A DNA stretch of 62,942 nt, filler included, from Neoconidiobolus thromboides FSU 785 (Eukaryota; Fungi; Entomophthoromycota), in assembly GCA_025603075.1 (NCBI GenBank). It is 8 parts of 8 records of this genome, joined end to end, with 100 filler letters (N's around TTAATTAATTAA, not from the genome) between each part and the next. Parts side by side here need not be neighbours in the genome. Positions count along the whole stretch, not along the records: positions 1 to 26,555 come from MU626511.1; 7 more parts are not named here. One strand, given 5' to 3'. The notes under the pieces were generated by a model. That model ran no database searches and was not told the origin of the DNA. It saw only the letters and a list, made by a program, of their open reading frames with translations. Both the position numbers and the translations under genes were made by a program. Below are positions 1 through 11,207 of the stretch, piece after piece (the stretch's first letter is position 1; each line of letters opens with the position of its first letter).

Positions 1-57
1 GTAGTCAACCCAGCAATAGCTGTTCTTGACTCCAAACCCTGAGTACCAGATTTCACA
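1..57 (-). mobile_element. Element B, 5' end, reverse orientation (cut by window start)
   Basis: Reverse complement reads TGTGAAATCTGGTACTCAGGGTTTGGAGTCAAGAACAGCTATTGCTGGGTTGACTAC, matching the start of the copies at 16496 and 42429. Confidence 0.85.
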
Positions 58-465
58 ATACTATTGTAAATATATGTAAGATACTATCGGAAAGATTTAG
101 TGGCTTTATTAAAGGTACAATATCAAGGAATAATTCAATCAAAAAGTCTTGAGTTATTATGTTAAAAAGTCCCTTTTATACTCCAACAAATATGAATATT
201 AAAATGAAAAGATGATATAGGGATGTATTTTTGTATTTGAGGATTTTACTAACGATTTTTCCACTCAAATAGCGCTTGAAAGATAGAAAAAATGATGAAG
301 CCAAAAAAAACATCCCCATATTCTTTACAATATGAAATTAGAAATTCTCACAGCAAATCAAAATAAAAGGCTCAGAATTGATTGTGCCTAAACTCGAGAA
401 TACAACAACCTAAGTGATTGTTATGTTATAGTCAATTATAAAGCTGACAAAGCGACCTTTTACAA
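58..465 (+). mobile_element. Element B, central and 3' part, diverged, interrupted by a MITE A
   Basis: Aligns by eye with roughly 16655-16959 (ATACTA.TGTAAA...CTTTATTAAA...TTTTATACTCC...AGAAATTCTCA.AGCAAATCAAA...GCTGACAAAGCGA..TTTTACA). Confidence 0.75.
219..317. mobile_element. MITE family A copy with ATAT target-site duplication, inserted in element B
   Basis: ATAT[AGGGATGT...ACATCCCC]ATAT. Removing the element plus one ATAT restores GATGATATTCTTT, matching uninterrupted B copies (GACAATATTCTTT at ~16811, GATAATATTCTTT at ~61703). Confidence 0.9.
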
Positions 466-519
466 TTCGGATTATGTAACTATTTCATTTACAATATATC
501 ATGTTAAATTTTTATATAT

Positions 520-617
520 GGGGATGTATTTCTATATTTAATAATTTCACTAACAATCTTTCCACTTAAATAGTGCTTAAAGGATGGAAAAGTAATGAAG
601 TCAAAAAAAACATCCCC
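520..617. mobile_element. MITE family A copy
   Basis: ATAT-GGGGATGTATTT...AAAAAAAACATCCCC-ATAT; 98 bp. Confidence 0.9.
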
Positions 618-791
618 ATATATTTAATTATGTTATTGTAGTATATTTCCAAATTTAACAATTGTTAATTTTCTAAAAAGCTATAACTTAATTTATAGTA
701 TAATAGTATTTTTTTTAGCTTTGTTGCTTTTTTATTTTTTTTAAATAATTTAAAAAATTCCTAAATACAAAAATATATCTTTATATAATCT

Positions 792-1017
792 GAGGATGTT
801 TCTTTTGACTTCACTTTTTCTATCTTTTAAGCGCTATTTGAGTGGAAAAATTGTTAGTAGAATTCTTAAATATAAAAATACATTCCCATCTAGTATTTTT
901 TTAAAAAGCACTAGCATTGGGAGTATTTTTTTGGCTTCATTACTTTTTTCGTTTTTTAGGCACTATTTAAGCGGAAAATTTGTTAGTAGAATTCTTAAAC
1001 AGGAAAATACATTCCCA
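792..1017. mobile_element. Two tandem MITE A copies
   Basis: Two ~97-bp units with the family core (CTTCA.T.CTTTTTC..TCTTTTAAGCGCTATTTGAGTGGAAAA..TGTTAGTAGAATTCTTAAA). Confidence 0.8.
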
Positions 1018-1230
1018 TTATTTATAAATACTTTTGCATATTTTGAAATAAATAAAGATTTGATTAAGTTATATAAAAAATGCTATAAATTGTAAAATAT
1101 TTATAAAATAATATTAACGTATAAATTAAAAAAATTGAGACATTTATAATTTCAAAATAAAATTTAAAACATTATATAAAACTTCATTAAAACTATATAA
1201 ATACAAAAATTATTTAGCTTTTTTATATAT

Positions 1231-1325
1231 GGGGCTGTTTTTTTAGTTTCATTATTTTTCCATTTTTAAGCGCTATTTGAGTGGAAAGATTGTAGTAAAA
1301 TTCTTAAATAAAAAAACACATCCCC
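1231..1325. mobile_element. MITE family A copy
   Basis: ATAT-GGGGCTGTTTTTT...CACATCCCC-ATAT. Confidence 0.9.
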
Positions 1326-1524
1326 ATATGCTTTATAATTTTTTTATAGCTTTTTGTTTTTAAGCTTTTTTAAATAAATACGGGAATATATTTTTATTTA
1401 AAAGTTTCAATACATTTTATTTAAATTTAAAAACACAAAATTATCTATCATTTTTAAATTCAGGTAAAAAAAATTGATAACAAATTTAAATAAAGATCTC
1501 TGAAACATAATACTATTTAATAAT

Positions 1525-1720
1525 GGGAATGTTTTTTTGATTTCATCACTTTTGGGGGCGTTTTTTTTTGGCTTCATCACTTTTTCCATCTTTTAAGCGC
1601 TATTTAGGCGGAAAAATTAGTAAAACTGTTAGATACAAAAATACATCCCCATTTTTTAAGCACTATTTGAGTGGAAAGACTGTTAGTAAAATCCTTAAAC
1701 AAAAAAATATATCCCCAATA
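1525..1720. mobile_element. Compound MITE A array (truncated and partially duplicated units)
   Basis: A truncated left end, a full unit ending ACATCCCC at ~1650, then a repeated right half ending ATATCCCC at ~1716. Confidence 0.75.
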
Positions 1721-1946
1721 TATATTCGGATTATTTATATGGGGATTTTTTTTTGGTTTTATTACTGAATCTAAAGCGTTGTTAGACCATACTTTGGTTA
1801 TATTGGCATATCAGTGTGTTATAGGGTTTTTTCGTTTATTGTTGGGACGGAAAAAATATATCATGAATTTTAATTAAAACTGGTATAACACTAAATAAAT
1901 ATAAGGCCAGCCAAAAAATAAACTAACTTATCCAAGATAATTATAT

Positions 1947-2042
1947 GGAGATGTTTTTTTTAGCTTCATCGCTTTTTCTATTTCTCAAGCGCTATTTGAG
2001 TAGAAAAGTTAATAAAATTCTTAAACAAAAAAATACATCCCC
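1947..2042. mobile_element. MITE family A copy
   Basis: ATAT-GGAGATGTTTTTT...ATACATCCCC-ATAT. Confidence 0.9.
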
Positions 2043-2763
2043 ATATATATAAAATCCCTAACCCTAATTCCTGATCTTTAACTTTTAACACCAACCTAAT
2101 CTTAATCGATTGTCAATAAAAGAAGTAATATGACAGTGTAAATATTTTAAAAGTTTATTAAAATCCATGTTTTTATAACATTATAGTATATCTTCTTAGC
2201 GCTACGCTAATCTTAATTATAATTCATGGTAACGAATTTTTTTCATCTCAACAATAAAGGGAAAAGCCCCCTAACATACTAAGTGCTAATATAACCTATA
2301 TTTTTGTTTTGATAATAACGTTACTTCTGAGCGGAATTTAATAAAGTAATTTTTAGTAGAAAATATAAAAATCAGTACTACTACTTTAGATGCTATTGTA
2401 TTTAATTTAGCCAGTATTCAATCGTATTTTTATATCGATAGAAACGGTATTTTTTATATTATGATGAAATAATCTTAGATCTTTGCCACATATCTAATCA
2501 TAGTAGTTCAAGTTGGTATTCTATGATTTTCCTGCACTTATCCTCGGAATAATAATTTATAATTAAAATTTAAGAAAAAGGGGGATAAATGAATATGTGG
2601 GTGCTTTAGATTAACACTATGATAGGTCCATTGTTAATTTTAGATTATTTTAGTTTAATTTAATTGGCTATGTATCCCTAAATACAAATTGGAAAGGGAA
2701 AATTAAAAAAATCAAAGTATAAATTAAAATGACAAATTCCTTAAAGGAGTTTTTTATACAATA

Positions 2764-3978
2764 ATGTCTCCACCAGAAACGATTGATAATAGTAGCAAAA
2801 AATTCGATGCAGTACATTCTGAAAACTTGAGCGACAACGGATTTAAAGCAAACGATTTGAGCTATATAACTAGCAATCAGGGTGTTGAATTCTATCATAA
2901 AAACTATACTCCACCAAATTTTACTATAAAGGAGTTACGTGAGAGTATCCCAGCTCATTTATTCAAGCGCTCTACACTTAAGTCTTCTATTCACACATTA
3001 ATTGATTTGTTAATATGCTCCATTTTATTTTATATTGCAACCTACTTTGATACATTTTCATTTGCTATTCAATTGGTTGCATGGCCATTGTACTGGTTTT
3101 TTCAAGGTGTATTCATGACAGGGTTATGGGTTATTGCCCATGAATGTGGCCATCAAGCGTTCTCAGATCATAAGGCCATCAATGACTTTGTTGGATTTGT
3201 ACTACACACTGGACTATTGGTCCCATATCACTCTTGGCGTATTTCTCATGCTCGTCATCACGCTCACACTGGTCATTTACATGAAGATCAAGTGTTTGTA
3301 CCAATTAGAAGAAGCGAGCATAATAAACTATATGATACAATAAATGAATCAGTTGAAACAGCTCCAATCTACTCCATTTTACGTGTAGTTAGAATCTTAT
3401 TATTTGGATGGCCCGCTTACCTTATATGGAATGCCTCTGGACAACCTTATAAGCAATATACTTCTCACTTTCACCCAACATCTCCAATATTTCGCCCACA
3501 TCAAGCATTTAAAGTTTTATATTCAGATGCTGGATTGATAGTAGCATTTTCTGTATTAGCTTACTTCATTAAGACTACTTCCTTTTGGACAGTAGCCAAA
3601 TATTATCTAATCCCTTACATCAATGTTAATGCTTGGTTGGTAACAATTACCTTTTTACAACACACTGATGTTTATATTCCTCATTACGACCCAAAGGAAT
3701 GGAATTTTGTCAGAGGTGCCTTGACTACTGTTGATCGTGACTTTGGTTGGTTTCTTAATATTGCTCTTCATCATATTAATGATTCACATGTTGCACATCA
3801 TTTGTTCTCTCAAATGCCCTTCTATAATGCAATTGAAGCAACTAAATATCTTAAGGCCAAATTGGGTCAATATTATCTTTACGATAGGACCCCTCTTCAT
3901 TTATCCCTCTATAGATCTGCAAGAAATTGTTTGTTTATTGAAGATGAAGGGGATGTTTTATTTTATAAATCAAAGTAA
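2764..3978 (+). CDS. FAD2: Delta-12 (omega-6) fatty acid desaturase, intronless, 404 aa
   Basis: Three histidine boxes HECGH, HARHH and HVAHH, plus TFLQHTD and GALTTVDRDFG, typical of FAD2-type desaturases. Confidence 0.93.
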   Translation: MSPPETIDNSSKKFDAVHSENLSDNGFKANDLSYITSNQGVEFYHKNYTPPNFTIKELRESIPAHLFKRSTLKSSIHTLIDLLICSILFYIATYFDTFSFAIQLVAWPLYWFFQGVFMTGLWVIAHECGHQAFSDHKAINDFVGFVLHTGLLVPYHSWRISHARHHAHTGHLHEDQVFVPIRRSEHNKLYDTINESVETAPIYSILRVVRILLFGWPAYLIWNASGQPYKQYTSHFHPTSPIFRPHQAFKVLYSDAGLIVAFSVLAYFIKTTSFWTVAKYYLIPYINVNAWLVTITFLQHTDVYIPHYDPKEWNFVRGALTTVDRDFGWFLNIALHHINDSHVAHHLFSQMPFYNAIEATKYLKAKLGQYYLYDRTPLHLSLYRSARNCLFIEDEGDVLFYKSK

Positions 3979-4705
3979 AATATAATAAAATAGATTGAGT
4001 TTTAAACGTTGATGGCTTTTATTCGAATATTTATTTTTAAAAAATTGATTCTATAAGTCGAAACATTCCTTTAAAACCTTCACATTTGGTTTATAATGTA
4101 TTATCAAGGATCTCCAGATCTTGTTGCAGTTTGAAAATTAAAATAAACTAGCAATTCAAATCCTCAATCATTATAAATCACCAATTAATACAATAGTATA
4201 TATACATCTGCTTAACGTTAAAGGGTTTATTTCAGGATTTTATTGAGCATATAAATAGATTAATCATTCAACTATAGTTTGATACTTAAAATTTTAACTA
4301 TCATTTATATAAATGTTTAAGAATACAAAAAGGATATGATGAGCTTAGTAGCTTTTATAACACTGAGAGTTAGTACATTTTATTTTCAATTCCCAACATG
4401 GATTTAAATTTAGTGCATCTTGTAAAAATTAATAGTGTGAATATAAGAAAGATATAAATACTCAAACTACTCTAAAACAATGGCTTGTCATTTTTGATTT
4501 ATAATTTGATGAGAAAATTACAAATATTACATTAAAACCAACTCAGAAACATAACATTTGATTAACGATGCTTAAAATTACACTAAGATATAGGGTTTGC
4601 TTTATTATTTTTTTAAAATATTTGTTTTCGTCATAACTCGAAAAAAATAGAAATACTAAAAATATTTAAATTCTTTCATTAGTGTAGACATAAAAAATAA
4701 CATAT

Positions 4706-4804
4706 GGGAATGTTTTTTTTGACTTTATTACTTTTTCCATTTTTTAAGCGCTATTTAAGTGGAAAATTTGTTAGTAAAATTCTTAAACGTAAAAATACAT
4801 CCCC
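4706..4804. mobile_element. MITE family A copy
   Basis: ATAT-GGGAATGTTTTT...ATACATCCCC-ATAT. Confidence 0.9.
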
Positions 4805-5265
4805 ATATATAATATTCTTATTAGTTTAGATTCAGCTTTCTCAATATTCAAACTCAAAACAAATATACATCAATGCCTTTTATTATCTTTAAAGTTGATT
4901 AGCACTTTAAAGCTTTATAATGAATAAAGAATGGAAAAATTGTAAAGCAAAAGGTGTCCACGTATTGCTCAATTGAAATGTATACTGATGCTTCTTCAGA
5001 AATTTGCTACCTATCTATTTATGATGCAGTTAAACAATTTTATTATTATAGTTTTTATTACATTATAATACTATAAGCTTTACTTTTCCCATTATCCTAA
5101 AAATGAATATTAAATATCTAACGATGTTTTTCAAGATTTTTGATTCAAGCAATAATTTACTAAGCTTTAAGCTTAAAAAATAAGAAAACACTTGTTAAAA
5201 ACCAAAGCATTCCTATAAATAAATTTGATAAATAGCAAGATTTGAAGTTGAATTAAATTTTTATA

Positions 5266-6331
5266 TTAAGGTTTGGTAGTTCCTGAAAGAGCTTCTTGCG
5301 CTTTTAATCTACGTTGTTCTGCAATATATTCTTTAAATTGATCTCCACCGAAAACCATACAAACCTAAAAATCAAATCTAAATAAACTATAAAAAGTAAA
5401 AATTTAGAGCTTACTGTAAGATAAACACCTAAGCAAATACGAGGTGTGACCCCTCTGTAAAACCCTAACAATCCGTTTTGCTGATAAATATATTTAGCAG
5501 TGGTGAAAATGTTCAAATTTTCTGGACGGCCAGGTGCTTTTGCCTGAGATTGCATTTCAACACGAATTACTTCAATAGGTTGGTTCCAGCAAGCAAGGGC
5601 TCCACCAACAACGGAAGATAAAATTCTCTCCCCATTTGTAAGTTTACGTTCACTATTTCCTTTTAATCCACGCTCTACGAGACGTGAAATACCAAACCGA
5701 GAACCCCAATTAGTCATCTGACGAATAGCAACAGCAGAAACCCCTTTATTTAATCCACGAATACCCTCTTTTTGGAATACTTCATAAGCTACTTTCCAAG
5801 TAGATTTTGGTGCTGCACCGACTTCTTTATGTCTAGTTACCTCTACAGTTTTCATAAAAGTACAAAAACCCATAGTGGTATATGCTTGTGCAATGCCACC
5901 CCCCATTCCTCCCAAAAGCCCAGAAGCAGCAGAAGATAATCCATAAGATCTTGCATGGTAGTCAATTTCGCTTGAAGCAAACATGAGTACGCCACCTTTA
6001 GTAGAGGCTTCAATCCATGCCCACTTTAATCAAAATTATAGTTAATATATTTAAAATAATAAAATAAAGTACCGGAATCAAACCTTGCCAGAAACCCTTA
6101 ATACCTCCACGAGCGTAAGTTTTGCTTATTGATTGAAGTATACTATCACCACGATGAGCTATATATGTTAAAAAAAAATAATTGAATTATGTAAAAATTA
6201 CCAGCCATATGAGTTTTAATTACTTCAAATGGTTGACCTAAAGTGGAAACTTCAAATGTTTGTATAAACCCACCAATAAATATATTTTCCCAGGATATAG
6301 GCTTCTTCTTGATTTGAGTCTTAGTAGTCAT
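5266..6331 (-). CDS. YHM2: Mitochondrial carrier, YHM2-type citrate/oxoglutarate carrier; exons 6331-6202, 6158-6073, 6023-5415, 5364-5266
   Basis: Spliced product contains [38 protein letters not shown] and WNQPIEVIRVEMQ. All introns are GT-AG and the frame is preserved. Confidence 0.88.
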
Positions 6332-6769
6332 GCTAAGTAATGGTTTAATGAAATAAAAGTTTATATTGTAGTGTATATTATACCTTTTTATAATCTTTAA
6401 AAGATATTTTAACACATCATTTTTATTTCGAATATTGTATTAATTTGTGGTCAAATTTAGCCAATGATTTTGGTTGTGATTAGTCAGAGTCAATGACAAC
6501 CAATTAGATCTAAACGTATCCTTACTTTTACATAGTTCATTATTTATATACTATTTTTATCAATTATTTAATCCATGCTACCCTTAGGAATAATAAGATA
6601 ATGTTAAATTATTCTCAAATATAAGTAAGATTGTTATAAAAATATTTGGATAAATTTGAAAACTTTGTCAAAAGTAAAAACCTAACTTTACAATCTATAT
6701 TAAAATTTGTATAACCAAGTATGAGAATGCTTCGTTTGATTCCATTAATTTGCTCATTTTTACATATAG

Positions 6770-6865
6770 TAATGTCTTTTTTGGCTTCATTACTTTTTCC
6801 ATTTTTAAGCACTACTTGAGCGGAAAAATTATTAGTAAAATTCTTAAACACAAAAATACATCCCC
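6770..6865. mobile_element. MITE family A copy, left end eroded
   Basis: Family core present; right end ATACATCCCC-ATAT. Confidence 0.8.
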
Positions 6866-7704
6866 ATATCATAATTTGAAAACATTATTAGCTAAATATT
6901 AAAACAAAAACATTGTAATATGGCCTATTTGGAATTAAATAAAAGAATAACTATCTACATAGTGTATATACTTAGGCTACGCTATTTCCAATAACTTAAA
7001 ACCGGAAAAAAATTGTACCTAGAGTACAAACTAATTTATTTTTATTTTAGTGAATCTTTTAAAAATCTCACATATTTACTATTTTTACAGGCTTTTTTTA
7101 AGTTTAAAGTTGTAGAAAGATTCAAACATATTTTTAGATTTTTTAGATATATTCTACCCCAAATGTTTAACTTATAAGTCAAAAGCATATCAATCGTAGG
7201 TACATATTGTGTAGTTTCTATCATCAATTTAGACACACCTTTATATGATATATAGTATAAAGTAAGATTAAAAGATAATTAAGCAATAGCATGTTTTTGA
7301 ATAAAAGCTTCTATCAATTGGGTTTTGCGGCTTAAATTTTTCAGTTTTTAGTCATTTTATTTTATTTGAATATTTTAGCACAAACTATATAAAATTATTT
7401 CTATTACTGATACTTTCAACTTTATGAATGAATAATTTTACCACAAAAGCACTTTATATAATGCTCCTTCGAAATTCATACACTTGAAAATGTACTTTAT
7501 AATTTAATGTCATTTTTTAGTTGAATAAAAATGGGCGTGAGCTTCAGATTTAACATAGTTAGCATGAATTTTTATTTTGCAAATCAGGTATTACACTACT
7601 ATTTAAGTTATAATTGTTTTAACATTAAGAGGCTTTGATAAAATAAATCTTATAAAAATATATATAAATATAAACTCATAATACTCTAGTAATATTATTA
7701 TAAA

Positions 7705-8469
7705 ATGATCTTTTTATTGCATCTGATTTATTTATTTCGCTTTATAAATAGCCAAATCCAACCTAAAATCATTGGAGGGTATGCTGTATATCCACCAAAT
7801 AAATATCCGTTTACTGCTTCGTTACAATTTTTTGGACAACATTACTGTGGAGGCGTACTTTATAGACAAGATTTGGTTATAACAGCAGCCCACTGTTCTG
7901 ATGTTGATCCTAGGCAAGTTGAGGTAGTATCTAGATTATATAATTTGACTTTACCAGATAGTCAACAAGGCGCAAAAAGATCTAAAGTAAAATCTATAAA
8001 CAAACACCCACAGTACAACCCAGATACATACTACAATGATATTGCTGTATGGAAACTTAGTACCTATTCATCAAGAAATCTGAATATATATCTAGATACT
8101 TATGGTATAAGCTACTATGATAATACTCCATTAAAAGTTGTTGGCTGGGGTGCACTTCAAGAGAAAGGAGCAGCTTCTCCAGTTTTGATGGAAGCAAATG
8201 TTCCAGTATTTAACTCCAATACCTGTGTAAACAATTATAAAAAGATCAACTATACTATTGTTCCACAATATACATTGTGTGCTGGATATGCAGTGGGCGG
8301 AGTTGATTCTTGTACAGGTGATTCTGGAGGCCCTTTATTTTACCCATCGAAGTATGGTAATTATTTAGTAGGTATTGTTTCGGTTGGCTCAGGGTGCGCT
8401 AAAAAAGATTTACCAGGAATTTATACTCGTATTTATAATTATAATAATTTCATAAACTCATATCTTTAA
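7705..8469 (+). CDS. Secreted trypsin-like serine protease (S1A), intronless
   Basis: Hydrophobic N-terminus, mature start IIGG, triad motifs TAAHC / DIAV / GDSGGP, and S1-pocket Asp in DSC. Confidence 0.95.
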   Translation: MIFLLHLIYLFRFINSQIQPKIIGGYAVYPPNKYPFTASLQFFGQHYCGGVLYRQDLVITAAHCSDVDPRQVEVVSRLYNLTLPDSQQGAKRSKVKSINKHPQYNPDTYYNDIAVWKLSTYSSRNLNIYLDTYGISYYDNTPLKVVGWGALQEKGAASPVLMEANVPVFNSNTCVNNYKKINYTIVPQYTLCAGYAVGGVDSCTGDSGGPLFYPSKYGNYLVGIVSVGSGCAKKDLPGIYTRIYNYNNFINSYL

Positions 8470-9081
8470 TATAATGAAATAAAACTATAAGTGCTATATT
8501 TTTAAATTTATTTAATAAGTTACATAGTTACATGTCAATTTGGAAACACTATTTAAAATTGTTTATTTTTTTATAGAAATTTTCACTCATAATTGAATTA
8601 GTTAATGTGGTTATTTATAGTACAGGTTTTTCAATTCCATATAATATTTCAAAAAATGTTTGAACAAAATGCAGTAAAATTTAAAGTTGTAACAAGTTAT
8701 TATAGTTTATCATTGTTTTAATTTTAAACGACATTGTATTTTGTTTAAAATATTTTTAATAGTAATTGAAAACTAAATTAAACCCGCTGTTCAAATTTTT
8801 CTTACTATAGTCGTGGTAGATTGAAAATACTATAACAAGATTTTGAAAAATGTATATCAATACTAGACAACTATTAAATTATCAATTAACTTTAAAGCAG
8901 AAAACATGAACCATATAAGCTTTATCTGGATGGTGGTAATAGTAAAGTTATAATAGTTGCAATATTATTACAGGTTAATAACAACATAAAATGATAAAAT
9001 TGATATTAATTATTTATTATAATTAAATGATTAGTTTAAAATTAAAATCATTATGATATTAATATTGTAATTATTAATTAG

Positions 9082-10848
9082 TTAGTTCCACGCTCTCGGT
9101 ATTACTAAGAAAGGTAAAATCCATGTTGCAGTGAGTACAGTTCCAATGTCTGATCGAAATAGGTCAGACGCTGAAGATTCCATTGAAATAAAGGCAGATA
9201 AAATCTTTAGTATTGGTTGAATTAAAGGTACTGCTGTAGTGATCGCAGTAATAAAGCTAATTATAGAAGTGGTAGTAGACCCCTGCTTTCTAAGCTGCTC
9301 TAGTACTTTTGCAGGTACATAAACTTCATATCCCCACCAATAAACATATACAGATACGCCATCTTTTGGTGGGCTTAAATCTTCATACCATATGTCATGA
9401 GCAGAAGACAATAGTCCTGGCATAGATCCTTTATCTTGGCTAATTATATTTATATCAAGGTGCGTCATTCCACTTTTCCTATAAGCTTCAACTTCATCTT
9501 TGTTAATAAAAACTTTGACTTGCTCTGATATGGGGATATTTTCAATTAGTTCAACTGGAAGATATGCTCTTTGTAAATGATGGTCATAACACGATATATC
9601 TGGCTTTTTTTTGTTTCCTTTTGAAGGAGAGAGGAGTCCGAAATATTTTTTAAGAGGATTAACAAAATTAGTTTTATCGTCCAATGGAAGGGAAGAGTCA
9701 AAAGTGGGAACTGGGGAGCAAAGGCTTGATGTTGAACAAATTTTATTTCTTTTCATAGCATGCCTTCTTCTCAGCTGTTTGGCATACGAATCTCTAAGAA
9801 TGTGAGATTCTTTTAACGTAATTCCACTTAGACTTGGTTCAGAAATTGATCTTAATTCACCTTCTGATTTCATATCATCATCCGCGTCATTATTAGAAAA
9901 AGTTGTATACTCTGATGAAAGCTCAGATATGATCGATGAATCGCCCTCGTCTATTTTTATGTTCAAATGATCAACTATCGTTGAGCTCGAATTGCTATTC
10001 TCTTGTTTTATATCATCGATATTATTTGTGATCCTCTTTTCATCAATCAAAACAACTGGAGTCTCTTTATTATCAGATACCATTGAACTTGGATCTTTAT
10101 CCTCTTCTTTTAATTTATTATTATTTTTCACTGCCTTCCTTTCATTAATTAAAATATCTGGAATTATACTATCAAGCTCTACTTTGAACTTTTCCATAGG
10201 TTCATCTTCAGTTTTTACATTTATTTTGCGATTGCTTCCATTTTTATCCTCCTTTTTATACGCTGTCGGTTTGGTATCGTTTTTTGTTTTTTTCATATGT
10301 TCAAAGGACTTAATTGAAAGTGATTTATTATCTTTCTCAAAGAAAGAAGCTAACTCGGCTATTTTCGGGTTTACTTTGCTTTGCTTATTAGCCTTCCTTG
10401 TTCTTTTACTCTTTTTTGACAAATCAAATGGCTTCTTATTAAATGTGGCAACATTGGACCTGGTATTATTCTTCTTCTTATTCAATGTTGTTTTCTCTTT
10501 TATGATTATGCTTGATTCGTTTTCTACTTTAGGTATACTATTTACTTTCTTTAATATTTTTTGATAACTGCTTTTTTGTAATGAAGGGGTACACTTTAAT
10601 ATATCGAAAACTTTTTCTAATGTTCTTGGATCTTGTAATGCTCTTACTGTTTTCTGGGTTTTTATATCATCAGAAGTATCTAATAGGATTTCTTTTACAT
10701 TCAAAGCTAATTTTTTTGCTTCAATTTCTTTTTGATGCTTGGATTTCCGGTGCTTATGAGGGGAGAGAAAATTGCTTCCAAATGAAGAAACTGAATATGA
10801 GGAGCCGTGACTATTTTCTTTATTGGTATCAGCCAAGGTCATTATCAT
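9082..10848 (-). CDS. Hypothetical protein: long low-complexity K/E/S/N region and a compact C-terminal domain
   Basis: 588-codon ORF in very AT-rich DNA. The C-terminus VYVYWWGYEVYVP...TATWILPFLVIPRAW looks like a constrained domain. Confidence 0.75.
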   Translation of the reverse strand: MIMTLADTNKENSHGSSYSVSSFGSNFLSPHKHRKSKHQKEIEAKKLALNVKEILLDTSDDIKTQKTVRALQDPRTLEKVFDILKCTPSLQKSSYQKILKKVNSIPKVENESSIIIKEKTTLNKKKNNTRSNVATFNKKPFDLSKKSKRTRKANKQSKVNPKIAELASFFEKDNKSLSIKSFEHMKKTKNDTKPTAYKKEDKNGSNRKINVKTEDEPMEKFKVELDSIIPDILINERKAVKNNNKLKEEDKDPSSMVSDNKETPVVLIDEKRITNNIDDIKQENSNSSSTIVDHLNIKIDEGDSSIISELSSEYTTFSNNDADDDMKSEGELRSISEPSLSGITLKESHILRDSYAKQLRRRHAMKRNKICSTSSLCSPVPTFDSSLPLDDKTNFVNPLKKYFGLLSPSKGNKKKPDISCYDHHLQRAYLPVELIENIPISEQVKVFINKDEVEAYRKSGMTHLDINIISQDKGSMPGLLSSAHDIWYEDLSPPKDGVSVYVYWWGYEVYVPAKVLEQLRKQGSTTTSIISFITAITTAVPLIQPILKILSAFISMESSASDLFRSDIGTVLTATWILPFLVIPRAWN

Positions 10849-11207
10849 TTAAAAAATCATTTTAAAAATTAACTATTTTGTTAAATTTTAGAAGAGGCAT
10901 TTGATTAAATAATGATGTAATCCTTTAAAACAAATCCACATATTAAGGCTAAAATTGTTCTTGTTAAAGTAAAAGTAGCGAATAATACAATTGAAGTTTA
11001 CATCAATTATTGATTTGTCCTTTGTTTTATCCAAATAATGCAATTCAATCTGAAATTCATATGTAGAATTTCATTGGAGCCATTCTACTAGAATTTGCAA
11101 ATAACAAAATACTGACTCTAAAATAAGTCTAAGCTCTTAAATCAGTATTCTAATTATTAAATTCAACTATTTTAAATTTTTAATAACTTGTGTCCAACTT
11201 TATTGAT

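Noticed and set aside
796-1877. ORFs 796, 1407, 1568, 1671 (also 6615 and 48890)
   Set aside because: They are translations of MITE A copies and their AT-rich flanks, with no independent coding evidence.
219-2042. Repeat-spacer pattern resembling a CRISPR array
   Set aside because: Eukaryotic context, ~98-bp repeats in both orientations, irregular spacing, target duplications, no cas genes.
2056-2067. CCCTAACCCTAA next to a MITE
   Set aside because: Only two units; too short to call a telomeric tract.
9611-10865. Plus-strand ORFs 9611, 9992 and 10581
   Set aside because: Antisense shadows of the K/E-rich 588-aa ORF. Likewise 3134, 3731, 11975, 12007, 13443, 13492, 20391, 29949, 32418-32731, 55204 and 60462 overlap better-supported genes.
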